Counted from the first letter of the whole stretch, positions 26,571 through 39,331 are shown. The stretch is DNA of 62,961 bases, filler included, from Rhabdomonas costata (GCA_019059605.1; 32 parts of 32 records of this genome joined end to end with filler, not necessarily neighbours in it); one strand, 5' to 3'. Program-made: numbers and translations. Notes: generated from the letters alone by a model not told the origin.

Positions 26571-28736
26571 ACAGTAGTAAAGCTATGCCGCTTGTAAATA
26601 TTGAAAAACCCCACCAAAACCTTGGAGACTTAAGGCTTGCACCGGTGGCTCCAATGCTTACCTCCAAGGAAGCCAAAAAGCGACGTCAAAAAGCCCCCTA
26701 CGTGGCTGAAAACCCAGAAAGACGAACGCATTCAGCAGCCCCACGTTTTCTCCACCATCCCTGAGAGAGAAAAAACCACCGAATGAGTAACTTGGATACA
26801 GTGGGCTCATCAACGAATGCAGTGCAGTGATCAGTTTTTTCTTTGTTGTACTTCTTCTTGCGCTGTCAAACCGGGGGAGGAGCAGGACGTGCTCAGCGTA
26901 CGCGCGTGCAGCGAAGAGAGGAGACAGACGGAGCTCGGGGCCTGCGCCACCGCAGACCTACGCATTCATACAGAAAAAAGCTGAATTCTGTCTTACACAG
27001 CACATCGCCAGACAACAGAGGGGGGGCGGTTCTCTTGGAGAACGTCTCACCGCACCGGAATGGGGAAATGCATTCAAAACAGGGAGACAACTTTCTTGCG
27101 AAAGGGACTTCCGGTTGCTCAAACTGCTTGCTCGGCTTTCTCTAAGTGGGGACATCATTCTCGAGCGGAAAGAGAGGTTGACCAAACCAGCGCAGGTCCG
27201 TCCAAAAGGACGTGGGGGGCGAAGCAAAAGCGAATGCCAGGGTGCTCCTTACAAGGACAAGCATTCCGTTTCAGTTCCAGGTTACTTCTCTTCATCAACA
27301 AAAGTAGAAGAAAGGAAAGGAAGAAAGGAAAAGAAGGAAACCACTTTGAACGATGATACCTTGGCTCCTGCGAGGAAGGGTTATGAATAGACTACATGAC
27401 CTTGTACAGAGGGCGTTATGAACCGGTTGGGTTTCCGCTGATGCAGGGTACCTCAGTATCCAAAAATAGGGCCCATGGGTCTCAACAACCTTCTCCCCAC
27501 AACACNNNNNNNNNNNNNNNNNNNNNNNNNNNNNNNNNNNNNNNNNNNNTTAATTAATTAANNNNNNNNNNNNNNNNNNNNNNNNNNNNNNNNNNNNNNN
27601 NNNNNGGTTGGTCGGAAGCCAGACACGTGGCTATGGAGGCGCGTTTTCCTTGTCCTTATGTGAAGTGCACATTGTTTTTAACCTTTGTTTCGAGCCGTCT
27701 GCGGGAGCCATGGGTTCGGCCCCAGATAGGGCCCAGCCTCTAATCCAGGGGTTGAAATACCGTTTTGGGATCGTGGACCACCTTGCCACTTCCCCCAACG
27801 TGAAGCGCAGAAATGAAACTTGGTGAGGACGTAGCTCAAGCAAAAGAGACACGCTGCACTTATATGCATTGCACCCGGTCGAAAAGTGAAGGGAACAACG
27901 TGCACCCCGCACCCCCACACACGGGTGCCCCTTTCTCGGAGGCTTCTTTCCAGCCTAGTTCACGTTGGAGGAATTACGGCTGCTGGAGGGAGGGCGGTGC
28001 TCCGCAGAGTGGTGGTACCCGGCCAAGGGCTGCCAGTCGGCATCGGTCCGGCAGTGTTTCCCGGCTGTCGGTGGCCCAGCAGGAGGCCCAGGTGCAGCGC
28101 CTGGCCGCGCCGCGCTTGGGGGTGCGTGGGGTAACCCCCACCCTCATCTCCACGGGCACCACGCCCAAAGTTCTTCGCTCAGAGCAGGTTCCCCCCCCCC
28201 CAACAGACAAAATGGCGCACTTCACACATCGCATGCGTAATGCGCAGTCGCACACTCTCTCATCTCCCCATCCGTGGGAACCATTGTCTGGGTTCGCATT
28301 GCTGAACGTTTTTTGTGTCGGCGAGCTTGGGCAGTGGGAAGTGGGGAAGTGGGGCAGGCTTATCTTGTGAGGCGGATGCCAGCGCCGCGGATGTGATCTC
28401 GCGTAAGCCGGAGCGGGCAGCTAGGTTGGGACGTTTTATGAGGAGGGCGATACTCCTTCACTGCTTGACGTTAGTTAGGGATGGCGAGAGGAGGACGGGA
28501 TGGTAGGGATGGCGAGAGGAGGACGAACTCCTCGCAGCTGATTCAACTCGGCTTGCCTTCCACAAGTGCTTTTTTTTTGGGGGGGGGGCGATCAGAGATT
28601 AACTGTGCTGTACGGTCAAAACAACTTGCACCGCCAAGGGGCCCGCAAAATCGCATTTAACCCAATCCACCCTAATGAATACTAATGCAAAAAAATGCAT
28701 ACATGACAGAGTGCATACATCCCACCGTCCCGTCAG

Positions 28737-28874
28737 GACTTGAAGCTCGTCGTGAAGAGGCTCCATGATGACTCCCTGCGGAACCACAGGCTGGCTGTCA
28801 CGGAGGTGAAGCAGAGGCTTGAGGCGCACACTCCAAAGCCCGCGGCTAAGAAGCATCCCAACAAGCACGCTGAG
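28737..28874 (+). CDS. Internal exon of a hypothetical protein
   Basis: cgtcag|DLKLVVKRLHDDSLRNHRLAVTEVKQRLEAHTPKPAAKKHPNKHAE|gtctct; GC3-rich. Confidence 0.5.
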
Positions 28875-30917
28875 GTCTCTCCTTCTTCTTGCCAACCCAT
28901 ACCCTCTCCCTCGAATTGTGCAGCATTGCTGTCGCTCGGCTGGGTATTGTGGTTGCGCTGCAAAGGGCTTGGGAAAGAGGGGTCTTTGCAGCGTTGCCAA
29001 TGTGAGCGAGTGTTGTAGGTTGGGTTTAAGAGTCAATGCAACGTCCAGGATGGCGGCAAGGGGACAAGGACTGCTAGCTCACAAAAGAACAAAGTGATGC
29101 CCACCCTGCTTTGACAATCATTGCCACTATTTTTGCTCCTTTTTCTTTTGCCATATTCGTTTTCCTTACATACTTTGGGCATCTTACAATAGCAACCCAA
29201 CCGAAGACGCACCAAGGAACAAAGCGGTGGAGGAGGGCGCAGTAATGAAGAAATTTCATGAGAACATGAATTATTCCCATGAGAACATGAGGAAATCCCA
29301 TGTGCCCTTGTATGCTTGCACAAGGGGCGGGTGATTTTGCGGGATGCAAGGATGCGCAGTGGCCTGTGTCTCCCTCTCAAAATGGTATCTTTGTGGGCTT
29401 TGACAGGAGAAGGCCGCAAAGATACCATTTTGAGAGGGAGACACAGGCCACTGCGCATCCTTGCATCCCACAAACCNNNNNNNNNNNNNNNNNNNNNNNN
29501 NNNNNNNNNNNNNNNNNNNNTTAATTAATTAANNNNNNNNNNNNNNNNNNNNNNNNNNNNNNNNNNNNNNNNNNNNGTTGTTGTGTGGTTGGTTATGGTG
29601 AGACAATGGTATTCGGATGGAGTCTTCATGGTGTCCGAGGGAACGTGCATCGCCTTCGTACCTGCGCGACAATGGGAAACTTGCCGTCCCCCGTTTGGCG
29701 CATGCATTAGTGGTGCCGCTTGTATGCAGATACTATCGGTTAGGGAGATTAGGGAGATCTGCGTTGTGGTGTTTTTGGAGATGGGACGCTCGCTTATCAC
29801 GCGCTTTTGTTAAGGGAGTCCGGACAGGGGTGGGGGAGAGAGTGTTTGGACGGTTGAAGGTTGTAAAGGATGGATGCAGCGGTGGTGGTGGTGGCGTCGT
29901 AAGGGAGGATCGTTCCGTCTCACTTCGGATAAGCTTCACTTTCGTAAAAAAAAAAGGGCACTGGAAGTGTGTCCACCCCAGCGCGCTCCAGCCTGACAAG
30001 TTGTATTAGGCTTCCTTGTGCATTGCGTGCGGTTTTCTCGTTGTTTTTGGGACAGGGCGCCATGCGGGGAAGTGTGGAGCGCTCGCTGAACACCAAGCTT
30101 CTAGATTTGGTCATTGTCAACCGGAAAGTCACCCCAATAGTGCTTTCGTCATCCGGAGAGGTACACAGGGGCTACCCTTCGGGGGTTGTCGCGGAGATTT
30201 ACTCCCTGAACCTGGAGTCCAAGCGGGTGTGTTGCGTGAACACACGACGAAGAAGATAAATGAACTACTTTCTTGTTTATTTTTTTTGAGAAAACAAAAT
30301 GTAACATAAATGTAACATTGAAATCAAAAGGATGTGGAAGATTCAATTGATTTGGTTGAAAAATCAGTCAATATAGCTCCCATTTCCGAAAGCTGGGGAA
30401 GAAGGCGGAGTGAAGACAAGCTGGGAAGAGGAATTGACGTCTTCCTCTCGAATACGTCTGCAGGGCTGTTTGTAAGTGAGGCCTAGGCTGCCGCCAAATC
30501 CAAAGTAAGAGTCCGCAGTTAAGTGAAATGTGAATTGTTTTATTTTACTCTTATTCCAGAGCTGCGAGTCGTTCTCTTTTGAGTCTTTATAAATTTTGCC
30601 CAAAAAGGCACACGCGCTTTTGGCGACTTTTTTGGTAACCTTCAAAACAATGCAAGGCTCAGCTAGATCGACCTTGGACTTAACACGTCAAGTTGTGAAC
30701 GCTTGCCCCACCCCAATGAGTTCGCACGCTTCTCCACTGCAGAGAATATTCTTCTTAATTTCAAGATCGAACAGGCCTCAGTATTTTGTAACAAAATTTG
30801 TAACGAAGCGTGCGCGAAAGAAACCCAAAAAGCCAAAATACATAGATTATCCTACTCCATGTCCACGTCCACGGCACGGTTCGACTGCGAATGTTTTGTT
30901 CGCTTTTCATCTCACAG

Positions 30918-31258
30918 TGGGCGCTTATCCCCACTACCCCCGAGGTCCGTGTGACCCACCACTCCGCAGTGACTTTTGGATCCAAGGTCTACGTTTTTGG
31001 TGGGGTGACAGTCAGCGCATCCACCACCCTAGTCAGCACAAACAGGCTGCTGGTTTGGCACCCTCCGCCAGCTGCGCACTGGGACCTCCTGCACCGCAGC
31101 GTCCAGGGCGTGCCCCCACGAGCGCGGCATTGGCACAGCGCCGTGGGGTGGGCCTCGGAGATGGTGGTGTTTGGGGGCCGCTGCAAGGACGGCGTGCTGA
31201 ACACCGTGCACAGCTTGCACATCCCCAGCCTGACATGGACAACGTTGCAGTGCGGAGG
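30918..31258 (+). CDS. Kelch-repeat protein exon
   Basis: ctcacag|...HHSAVTFGSKVYVFGG...W...PPRARHWHSAVGWASEMVVFGG...NTVHSLHIPSLTW...|gtatgg: two kelch repeats. Confidence 0.9.
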
Positions 31259-31547
31259 GTATGGCCATTGCCTTGATTCGCTTTGGTTGAGACCTCGTTT
31301 AGTTTTATGTAGAAATGACATGAGAGTTACAGCTGAAACGATAATTCTGCAAGAACTGACCACGTAACCTCAAATGCGAGATGCTATGACACTCATTAAG
31401 ATAGTTTTAATGTCAAGGGCTGAAAATTTCCTGAAAACCCTATAAAGNNNNNNNNNNNNNNNNNNNNNNNNNNNNNNNNNNNNNNNNNNNNTTAATTAAT
31501 TAANNNNNNNNNNNNNNNNNNNNNNNNNNNNNNNNNNNNNNNNNNNN

Positions 31548-33400
31548 TTCTCGGCTTTGCCATGGTGTGAAGTTACAGGAGGCAATTGTTGTCGGTGAAG
31601 ACTTCGATTCTGGCACCATGGAAGTAATGCTTTCAACGATCTACAGCGTCTACGAGTTCCAGCAGTTATTTTCGTGTGTAGGGTAATAAACTTCATGTTT
31701 ATTAAACTTCAGAAATGTGCACACAACCAAACAAAGGCGATTCGAGTCATCAGCCTGGCACAACATTGCTCCGATGCCGGTGTATGAAGCTTTGGTGTAG
31801 AGAGTGAAGGGTTTGTTACGGTCCTAAAGTGCCAATAAGACACACCGAAGGAGGACTTCAGTACATCGAATGCTTGCTGTTCTGCTGGTCCCCAGTGACA
31901 CGGTTTCTTCTTCTCCAGCAAATTGGAGAGTGTGGTAGCCATCGTCGCAAACTGCGGTAAGAATCGATCGTGATGGTAGAAGCCGCAAAGTTAGAGAAAA
32001 CTTCTGACGTTTTTGACGTTCCGGGTTGTCGGTCACTATGAGGTTGACTGCAATTTTACGGCATTTGACGTATAACTCCACTTCCGACAATGTAACCAAT
32101 GAATTCGATTTACGGATGTGCAAAAGCTCCTCGTGGGTTTCTGAAAAGGCAACAATGTCGTCGACGGTGAAGTTCGTCATGTCGGCAAAGGCGAAGTCCA
32201 TGGTTCGCTGGAATGTGGCTGGTTGTTGGTTAATCAGAATGGCATCACGGTCCATTAGAACGAGCCAAACTTCGTCTGGAATGATGTCTTGTGCTCGCCT
32301 CAGGCTCTGATTCGATTCTGGTGAAAACAACTTGACAAGTCAATCTTCGTGAAGTGGCGAACTGTCGCTAAACCTTCCAGTATCTATCGATTCTCGGCAG
32401 CGGGTACTTGTCATTGACAGTGATTCAGGGCACGGTAATCAATGACCATTCGACTGTTTTGTCATTGTTGTCACGGAGCAGGACGCTCGCTCCGAATGGA
32501 TGCATAGAAGATCGGATTCTACCGAATTCTATCAGCTCGTTGAGTTGCTTCCGGACCTCTGTCTGATGAATGTTAGACATACTGTACAACCTGTGTGCCG
32601 GCGGCTTTGTACTGGGTTCAATGTCAATTCTGTGGTCTGTCGATATGGAATGGTGAAGCTCGGCTGGAAGGTTGTCTGGGAAGACGTCTCTGAACTCCTC
32701 GACCAGTCGAGCGATTATCTGGTACATGTGCTGTGGCTACAGGCGGAACGCACATGCCGTGATCGACTTTGGATAAGGGTGTCGGCTTAGCCCAGTCAGA
32801 GCAGTCTGCCTAAATTTCAGACTCTTGACTATCTCGGTGCGCTCCTCGTGTGTGAGGTCGATTTCTTCAATGGGGTACGCCCCATCTAGCTGGAGCAGTG
32901 GAGCAGCGAGCGTCAACTGATTTAACTCCGAGGTGGGCGGTTGGTCAACAGGCGCTAATGTTCGGTGGATTTTTCCACTGGCGCCTATGTCAAAAGCTCG
33001 AAAGTGTTCTCCACAAAGTCGAATGAAAGAAACCTGTCTGGTGGATGAGTGCGCTTGCACCTGGTAGGTAAGACCCTGGTGGTGGAGAGTGATCTGACCG
33101 GTTGCCCAGTCGTCTTGGAGGAAAGGGTATCCGAGAATTATCGGTATTGTTGATGTGATTACCTTGAGAGCCAGTCAAAGTCTAAGGTCACCAATTCGCA
33201 ACACATGAAGAACGAAGGTGTCGACTGGGACGCTAACCTGGGTCATTGGGATCTCGGGGCAGCTTGAATAGTGTCAGATTGAGAGCATCTGCTACTGTCG
33301 ACGAGATACAAATTGTTGCTGCACCCGGAGTCCAGCAGGGCACTGACGTTTTTCTCGAGCAGTTGAACCGCTCATTCTCCATGTGTATTGGACACAAAAC
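31548..33400 (-). mobile_element. Degenerate Ty3/Gypsy pol (protease-RT-RNase H)
   Basis: In order: ALLDSGCSNN (protease); EEFRDVFPDNLP..DHRIDIEP..PP..RLYSMS..EVRKQLNELI..GRIRSS..PFGASVL; DKYPLPRID; PATFQRTMD; VDDIVAFS; LSNLLEKKKP.HWGPAEQQAFDVLK. Many frameshifts. Confidence 0.95.
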
Positions 33401-34040
33401 ACCAAACAAAAAAAACACANNNNNNNNNNNNNNNNNNNNNNNNNNNNNNNNNNNNNNNNNNNNTTAATTAATTAANNNNNNNNNNNNNNNNNNNNNNNNN
33501 NNNNNNNNNNNNNNNNNNNGGGTGGTGTTCTTGCAGTTGACCCTTCCATTCATAGACCACGATTGCCCCTTCAGAAGCCTTTCGAGCAGTGGAAGCGGTA
33601 ATCGTGGTCTATGAATGGAAGGGTCAACTGCAAGAATGCCAGCCAAAAAGGCACACTGTGCAGCACAGAGAAACCGTGAAGACCCTGACCAGGCATCGCG
33701 GAGTAAGCAGAGAGTGGCGGAACCTTACCGTTGTTCAGCCCCGGAGGCGGAAACAATTGGTGGAAGCGGGACGCACCGCACACGTTTTGGACGCTTTTTC
33801 GGAACCGTGGTGCGAACAGCTCTTCGTGAAAGAAGGCTCGCTTGCAACATTCCCGCTGAGCTAGATCTGCGCTTTCCTCCAAAAGATGGCGTTCTGTGAT
33901 CTCTTCCACCTCCAACCTCACATCATACTCTTCCAGGGCTACCCTATTTGAGATGTTCCATCTCCCACGTACAACTAGGGACTGATTTTTTGGAACATAG
34001 CACGGCCGCGCTCTGGATTCATCATAGATGACAGAAAATC

Positions 34041-34610
34041 TTGCGCTCGTGGGAACGTGGGAACGGGAAGGCTATCCGCGGTGAGTCAGACATGGGAGCA
34101 ATGGTAGAATCAGAAAGAGACGCCAGGCTCGTGCTGCTTGTCGCGTGGAGAGGAGAACTCGCAGAACAAAAGCTGTGTCAGAATGCGATCACACAAAGTG
34201 TTATGGAATGGAGGAATGCGGAAGCGCGGCAGCAGGAGAGGCGCAAACTTCAGCGGATGGAAGAAGCACTGGAGAAGTCCTTCTACGAAGCGCTGGGAGT
34301 GAATGATAAGGCCTCGTCAACAGTGATAAGGGCAGCATATAGGCGCCTGGCGCTGGAATGCCACCCGGATAAATTCCCATCAGAAACCTCGAAGGCAACA
34401 GCCCTTTTTCAGATGCTCCGTAAGGCGCAAAAAACTCTGCTGGGTCCGAAAGCTCGGCGGGCGTATGACGCAAGCCTGGGAGTGGGGCGTGGAGTGGAAC
34501 AACCGGGGCATCCTGCTGAGGAGCAAGTACGTCCGGAACCCACCGGAATGTGTGGTCTGTTAAAGGTGGCTCGCTGGCCAAGCGGTATGGAACAGATCCC
34601 CAAATGTTAA
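34041..34610 (+). CDS. Intronless J-domain (DnaJ) ORF, possibly element-borne or a pseudogene
   Basis: SFYEALGVNDKASSTVIRAAYRRLALECHPDKF..ATALFQMLRKAQKTLLGPKARRAYD: complete J-domain with HPD (about 34278-34470), preceded by a coiled coil. Confidence 0.8.
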   Translation: MRSWERGNGKAIRGESDMGAMVESERDARLVLLVAWRGELAEQKLCQNAITQSVMEWRNAEARQQERRKLQRMEEALEKSFYEALGVNDKASSTVIRAAYRRLALECHPDKFPSETSKATALFQMLRKAQKTLLGPKARRAYDASLGVGRGVEQPGHPAEEQVRPEPTGMCGLLKVARWPSGMEQIPKC

Positions 34611-34979
34611 GACAAGAGGACGCACGGGTGCGAGGAGCGAGGTCATTTTCTCGAGCCCGAACCGCCCAGGGGCATGCTGGATTATAACACCCGGTCTGCG
34701 AGTTGAGAAAGCAAAATTTATGGGATGTCAGTTGGTGACTGAGCAAGGAAAAGCTTGGGAAGTTGAAGTAGCACATGTGGATGGGCACTCCACAGCGGTG
34801 GAACTGACCCCAGGTGTGAGATTGTTCGCTTCGTAATGGGAAGCGGTTGCGGTCCGGAACATCGTGCAGGAAAAAATGTAAATAACCCACACACAAAAAA
34901 GAGGCCCTTACCCCCCAAAAAAACAACCTCGACAAGAGGTGAACGAGGACGACGACGAGATGGACATGGAGGAAGCGAC

Positions 34980-34982
<3 letters not shown>

Positions 34983-35010
<28 letters not shown>
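34983..35010. repeat. (GA)n microsatellite
   Basis: Perfect AG run. Confidence 0.95.
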
Positions 35011-35013
<3 letters not shown>

Positions 35014-35497
35014 GAGAAAGCCAGAAATCCAGACAGCCACCATCGAGGATGAGGACGAGATGGCCATGGTGGATGGACCCAGAGAAGGAGAGCAGAGCAG
35101 AGGGGGAACTACAAAGAGCCCAGAGGATCACCAGCAAGGGCAAGAATGAGATGGCCCTGGAGGAAGGGAGGCAGAGTGAGCAGAAGGGGAACGTTCAAGA
35201 ACCCACGGGTTCACCAACGAGGACGAGGACGAGATGGCCAAGCACACGGAGAATCAGCGCGAGTAGACCACAACACAGGAAGCGACCGCGACGCAAGCCG
35301 TCCTTGGGGACGTTAAAGGGGAAACCTGGCGGAGAAGGGAGGCCCGACAAGTCTCCCCGATCGACGCCACCAGATCCGACACCACAAACCNNNNNNNNNN
35401 NNNNNNNNNNNNNNNNNNNNNNNNNNNNNNNNNNTTAATTAATTAANNNNNNNNNNNNNNNNNNNNNNNNNNNNNNNNNNNNNNNNNNNNAGGACGC

Positions 35498-37118
35498 ACC
35501 TGCTCTCGTGCGCAAGGGACTCCTCGGGAACCTCTTGTGAGTCTGTGAAGAAGAGCTTTAGCTCGTGGACGCTCAGCACCCGCCGCAGCAAAACGGTGGG
35601 CGAGACCAGCGGGGAGGTCATCGGGGAGGAGGGGCTGCCCTCCTCCAAGTCCTGGGTAAACTTCAGCACTCCCAGATCAGCCTAAGGGCACACCCCGCAG
35701 TGCCCCTTCCAGTAAACGCTCACCGGAGAAAATTACCCGCTGCGGAAGAATAGCTCACGTATTACATGAAGTTCAATGTATGGATTCTGCGTGTTCCACC
35801 ACGTGCCACGTGCTTCACCTTCGAGGATCCTACAGCGGCACTCGTGCACTGAGCCCAAGGTGCGGTGGTCTATTTTTCATGGACCGCTGAGTAGGCAGAC
35901 CTGGTCGAGCCAAATCGAGCCATAGTGCCTCTTCAGTTGCTGATTCCGCACAGCAGCCGTGCTTTTGTGAAAGGGATGCTTTCCGTCACCTATAAATTAT
36001 CGCTTGCACTACGCAAAAAGCCCTCCATTCGCAGAGAAAGCCTGAAGCGGATCATTCATTGGTCCCAAAGATGCCTCCGTGTTCCGTCTGTTCGTTTGCT
36101 TCTTCTTGTGTGCCATTGAGCTTTTGATGCTGTGGTGCGCCCTCTCCTGGAGACCCCGCTGCGCATTTCTGTTTTTTTTTGGATTTCAACTTGTGTGTGT
36201 CTGCAACCAACCGGGCTGTATCTCTCTCTTATTTGCACTGCGTACTTCTTAGCGTTCTCTCTCTCTTCGGCTGCTTGCCTATCAGCTTGCTTTGAAGGTT
36301 GCATTGGGTTTTGTTTGTTTTCTGCCTGATCTGCTCGTGCTTGTGCTTTGTGTGCTTTGAACATGCTGCTTTGCTCCTGTTTGTGGGCAAATGTCTTCAT
36401 ACCTGTAAGCAGCAGCGGGAGCTCGCACTGACGGGGAAGACGAGGAGGGGATTCTTCACCACAAACTCCACCTGAGCGACCACACCACAACCAGCCACGA
36501 AAACTTGCAGTTTATCTCGTAGCTCAGCAAATGGGTTCCGCAAGAGACGAAGGGGAGGCAAAATGGGTAGCATACACAAAGAGACGTCAGGAATTTCAGC
36601 CAGACCAGTACAGGGCCATGCACACATTGATTTGCGCATTTTTATCCAAAGCTTTTTCATCAAGCAATCTTACACATGCCGGCCAGTCTACTACATAGCG
36701 GAGTTGAGACTTGAACGCAGCATCCAGCGAGAACGAAGGACAGTCAGTGGTGCAGAGCGAGGTAATTGAGAGAGACCTGCCAAAACTCCTCGACCTCGGG
36801 CGAGGCCGTGGGGTCCGGGACTCGCTCCGCCACCGACTCCGCGGCATACGCCGTAATGCTTGCAACAAATGGGTCGTCCAGAGCCCCAGCCATTTGGGTC
36901 AGGAATGGCCCCAGCACAATGCCCTTCACCGAGCTGAGGGTGCCCTTGAAGCGATGCACGACAACCCGGGCACCGGGAGACACAACCTGGGGGTCCCCAG
37001 TGGTGGTGTACTCGAAGGAGAGCAGGGTCTCCTTGTCTGGGCGCTGCAGATCCACAATCTCAGGGTACAAGCAGGGGGTGGGCAGCTCACTTACCAGCAG
37101 AATGTTGCCCAGTTTGCC
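35498..37118 (-). CDS. Hypothetical multi-exon protein (approximate)
   Basis: GC3-rich blocks at about 37118-36778 (GKLGNILL...VEEFWQ) and about 35675-35500 (VLKFTQDLEEG...AHES) with AG/GT flanks. Confidence 0.55.
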
Positions 37119-38724
37119 CTGAGCAAGGATCAGCGGCGGATTCGGAAGCAAGTGAGGTGCTCTTCAACAGGCATGCATCTTCGTGGGCACACACAGCACA
37201 GGACAACAATGCAAGAGAAAATTGTAGCAACGAATTCCACCACAAAGACACATTGGCCTAACGTTACAGAATCATCATTGCTGGAAGGTAGTAAGAAGGC
37301 ATTACGTTGGCTTATCACACACATTCTGGGTCTACGTGAAACTAACTCAGTCACTTCAATCNNNNNNNNNNNNNNNNNNNNNNNNNNNNNNNNNNNNNNN
37401 NNNNNTTAATTAATTAANNNNNNNNNNNNNNNNNNNNNNNNNNNNNNNNNNNNNNNNNNNNGGGGTGTTGTGACCCCCGATGGGGCAACAAAATTTGCAT
37501 CTCGGGTAGTTGGTGTGTTTGCTTTTCGAGATGGAAGCGCATTCTACAGTGTCTTCACAACTGATCCATATGTGCTTCAGAGGTTCTCTCGACGCATTAA
37601 ATGCAGTTTTATGCGTTGAAGCTCGTGGTGCCCCACGGGAGGGGGGGATCAAAATGAGGGTCCCTGTCTGCCTCAGAACTCTGAGATAACACCACAGATG
37701 CAGCCCAGGCCGTAACTCCAGCAGGTTCGCAGTTCTCTCATTTGCAGGTATGGCGTTGGCCCGCCAAATACAGAGTTTGAGGTTTTGGTAAGGCGGATCT
37801 ACGCTGCACTGTGTAATAAAAGTGAAGGAGACTAGGGACTGGACCTATGTTCCACGTCTCCGTTGGAGAAGAACATGACAACAAGTGATCACTCCCCGGT
37901 GGTTGAATCACAGCCAAGAGAAATGTATAGGGGGGGGGGATTTTCTGATGTTGCCGTGTCTGCTCTGTGTCTTCCCTTGGGATGTGCAACGACCTCAGGC
38001 GTTGACACCTGCGAGATGTTCTCTGGAAAAAGCTCAAAGCCATCTTTAAAATTGACGTCACTGACAACGGGGGGGGGGTGACACCGCTTTGGGTCCGCCT
38101 TTGGAGGAAAGACACCGCAGACACCCAGCTGCAGGCCCCTCCATGAGCCGCGTGCTGTGACCGTGCCTTGGTGGTAGCCCCCACGTCAGCCCGATCCCCA
38201 TAAACAACAGCGGCCAGACTGCTACGCACCGGGCAGAGATGGGGTCGAGCAAACGATATGTGGCGTTTCACGATTGCAAAAGGCTGCGGGAATTAATAGC
38301 GAGAGATCGGGCAGCAGACAGAAAAGGAAACGGAAAGCCGAGGGACGATACATATACAAAAAGAAAATGGTACCAGGAGAACAAAACGGGGGTGGGGAGA
38401 GGAGCGAAGACCTGCAAACCATCCAAGTGTGCGCCAGCGAAGCGACACCCAGACAGGTATTCTTATTGAAATAACTGCCCTCCATTTGTACTGAAAAAGG
38501 CTGCAAAAAAAATCTTGCACAAAAACGGTGCCAAAAACTTTCAAGAAAAAGGGGGTGGGTAAATTTAAGGAAAAATAATTCGGCCATTGGCCATTGCGGA
38601 ATGTCAACTGATGTGTGCGCGCAAGCAAGCAAGCAAGCAAGCAACAAGCAAAACGTTTCTTCCTCGGCCAAAGTGACCAGCCGTAACCTCTCACCAGCTC
38701 AACGACAAGTGAGGAATCGTAGTT

Positions 38725-39331
38725 TTGTTCATTCCGACGACGGACCTCGGTGCTTTTATCCGAAGGAATATCAACTCCGCCAGTCAAGGGTATCAAGACT
38801 GCGTCCGTATTCGGTGGCTGCTGAACAAAAGCCAGCAGCAATGGCAGCAACTTTCTTCGTCGAAGCTCCAGTTTGAGAAACTGAGTGCCCGCTCATCCCT
38901 GGACGTCCAGGGAGTTATTTACGCCCTGGTTCGTACAGGAAAGGTTTATGTGGGGCAGACGGTCAAATCTTCCCTTCATCACGCGAAACAGCACATTCGG
39001 ATCGCCTTCAGCCAGTCCAAGCCAAGTGCCGAAGTTCTCATCGGCCAAGCAATCCGCCGATTGGGCTTCGGAGATGATTGTAATTGTAACCTAGTAATTC
39101 CTTTGGAGCTTATTCCCATGCCATCGACTCAGAGACTCTTCCGCAAGATGGCACGGGAACAGCACTGGATTAAGTTTCTTCGCACCCAGTGGCTGGAACG
39201 CCTCAGTTTACCGCCCCAGTCCGAGGAACCAAAAGTCAGTGCCGCAAAGGTCAACCGTCACCGTAAGCCTTTCACGCAGCAGACCCCCGTTCGTGTTCGT
39301 GGCAAATCCAGAACACCAACCCCCAAACACG
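38725..39331 (+). mobile_element. GIY-YIG endonuclease, probably from a Penelope-like retroelement (degenerate)
   Basis: GVIYALVRTGKVYVGQT...KQH...IPLE...REQHWIKFLRT, then GWN at 39191-39199 in a shifted frame; the expected catalytic Arg reads His (CAC); intronless. Confidence 0.75.

Noticed and set aside
28476..28525. 22-bp direct repeat TAGGGATGGCGAGAGGAGGACG twice
   Set aside because: Only two copies 6 nt apart in probable intron; ordinary slippage duplication, not an array.
29341..29476. About 53-bp perfect inverted repeat
   Set aside because: Terminal fold-back with the same geometry as the other four.
33520..33637. About 37-bp inverted repeat at the contig start
   Set aside because: Terminal fold-back preceded by a G/T primer remnant.
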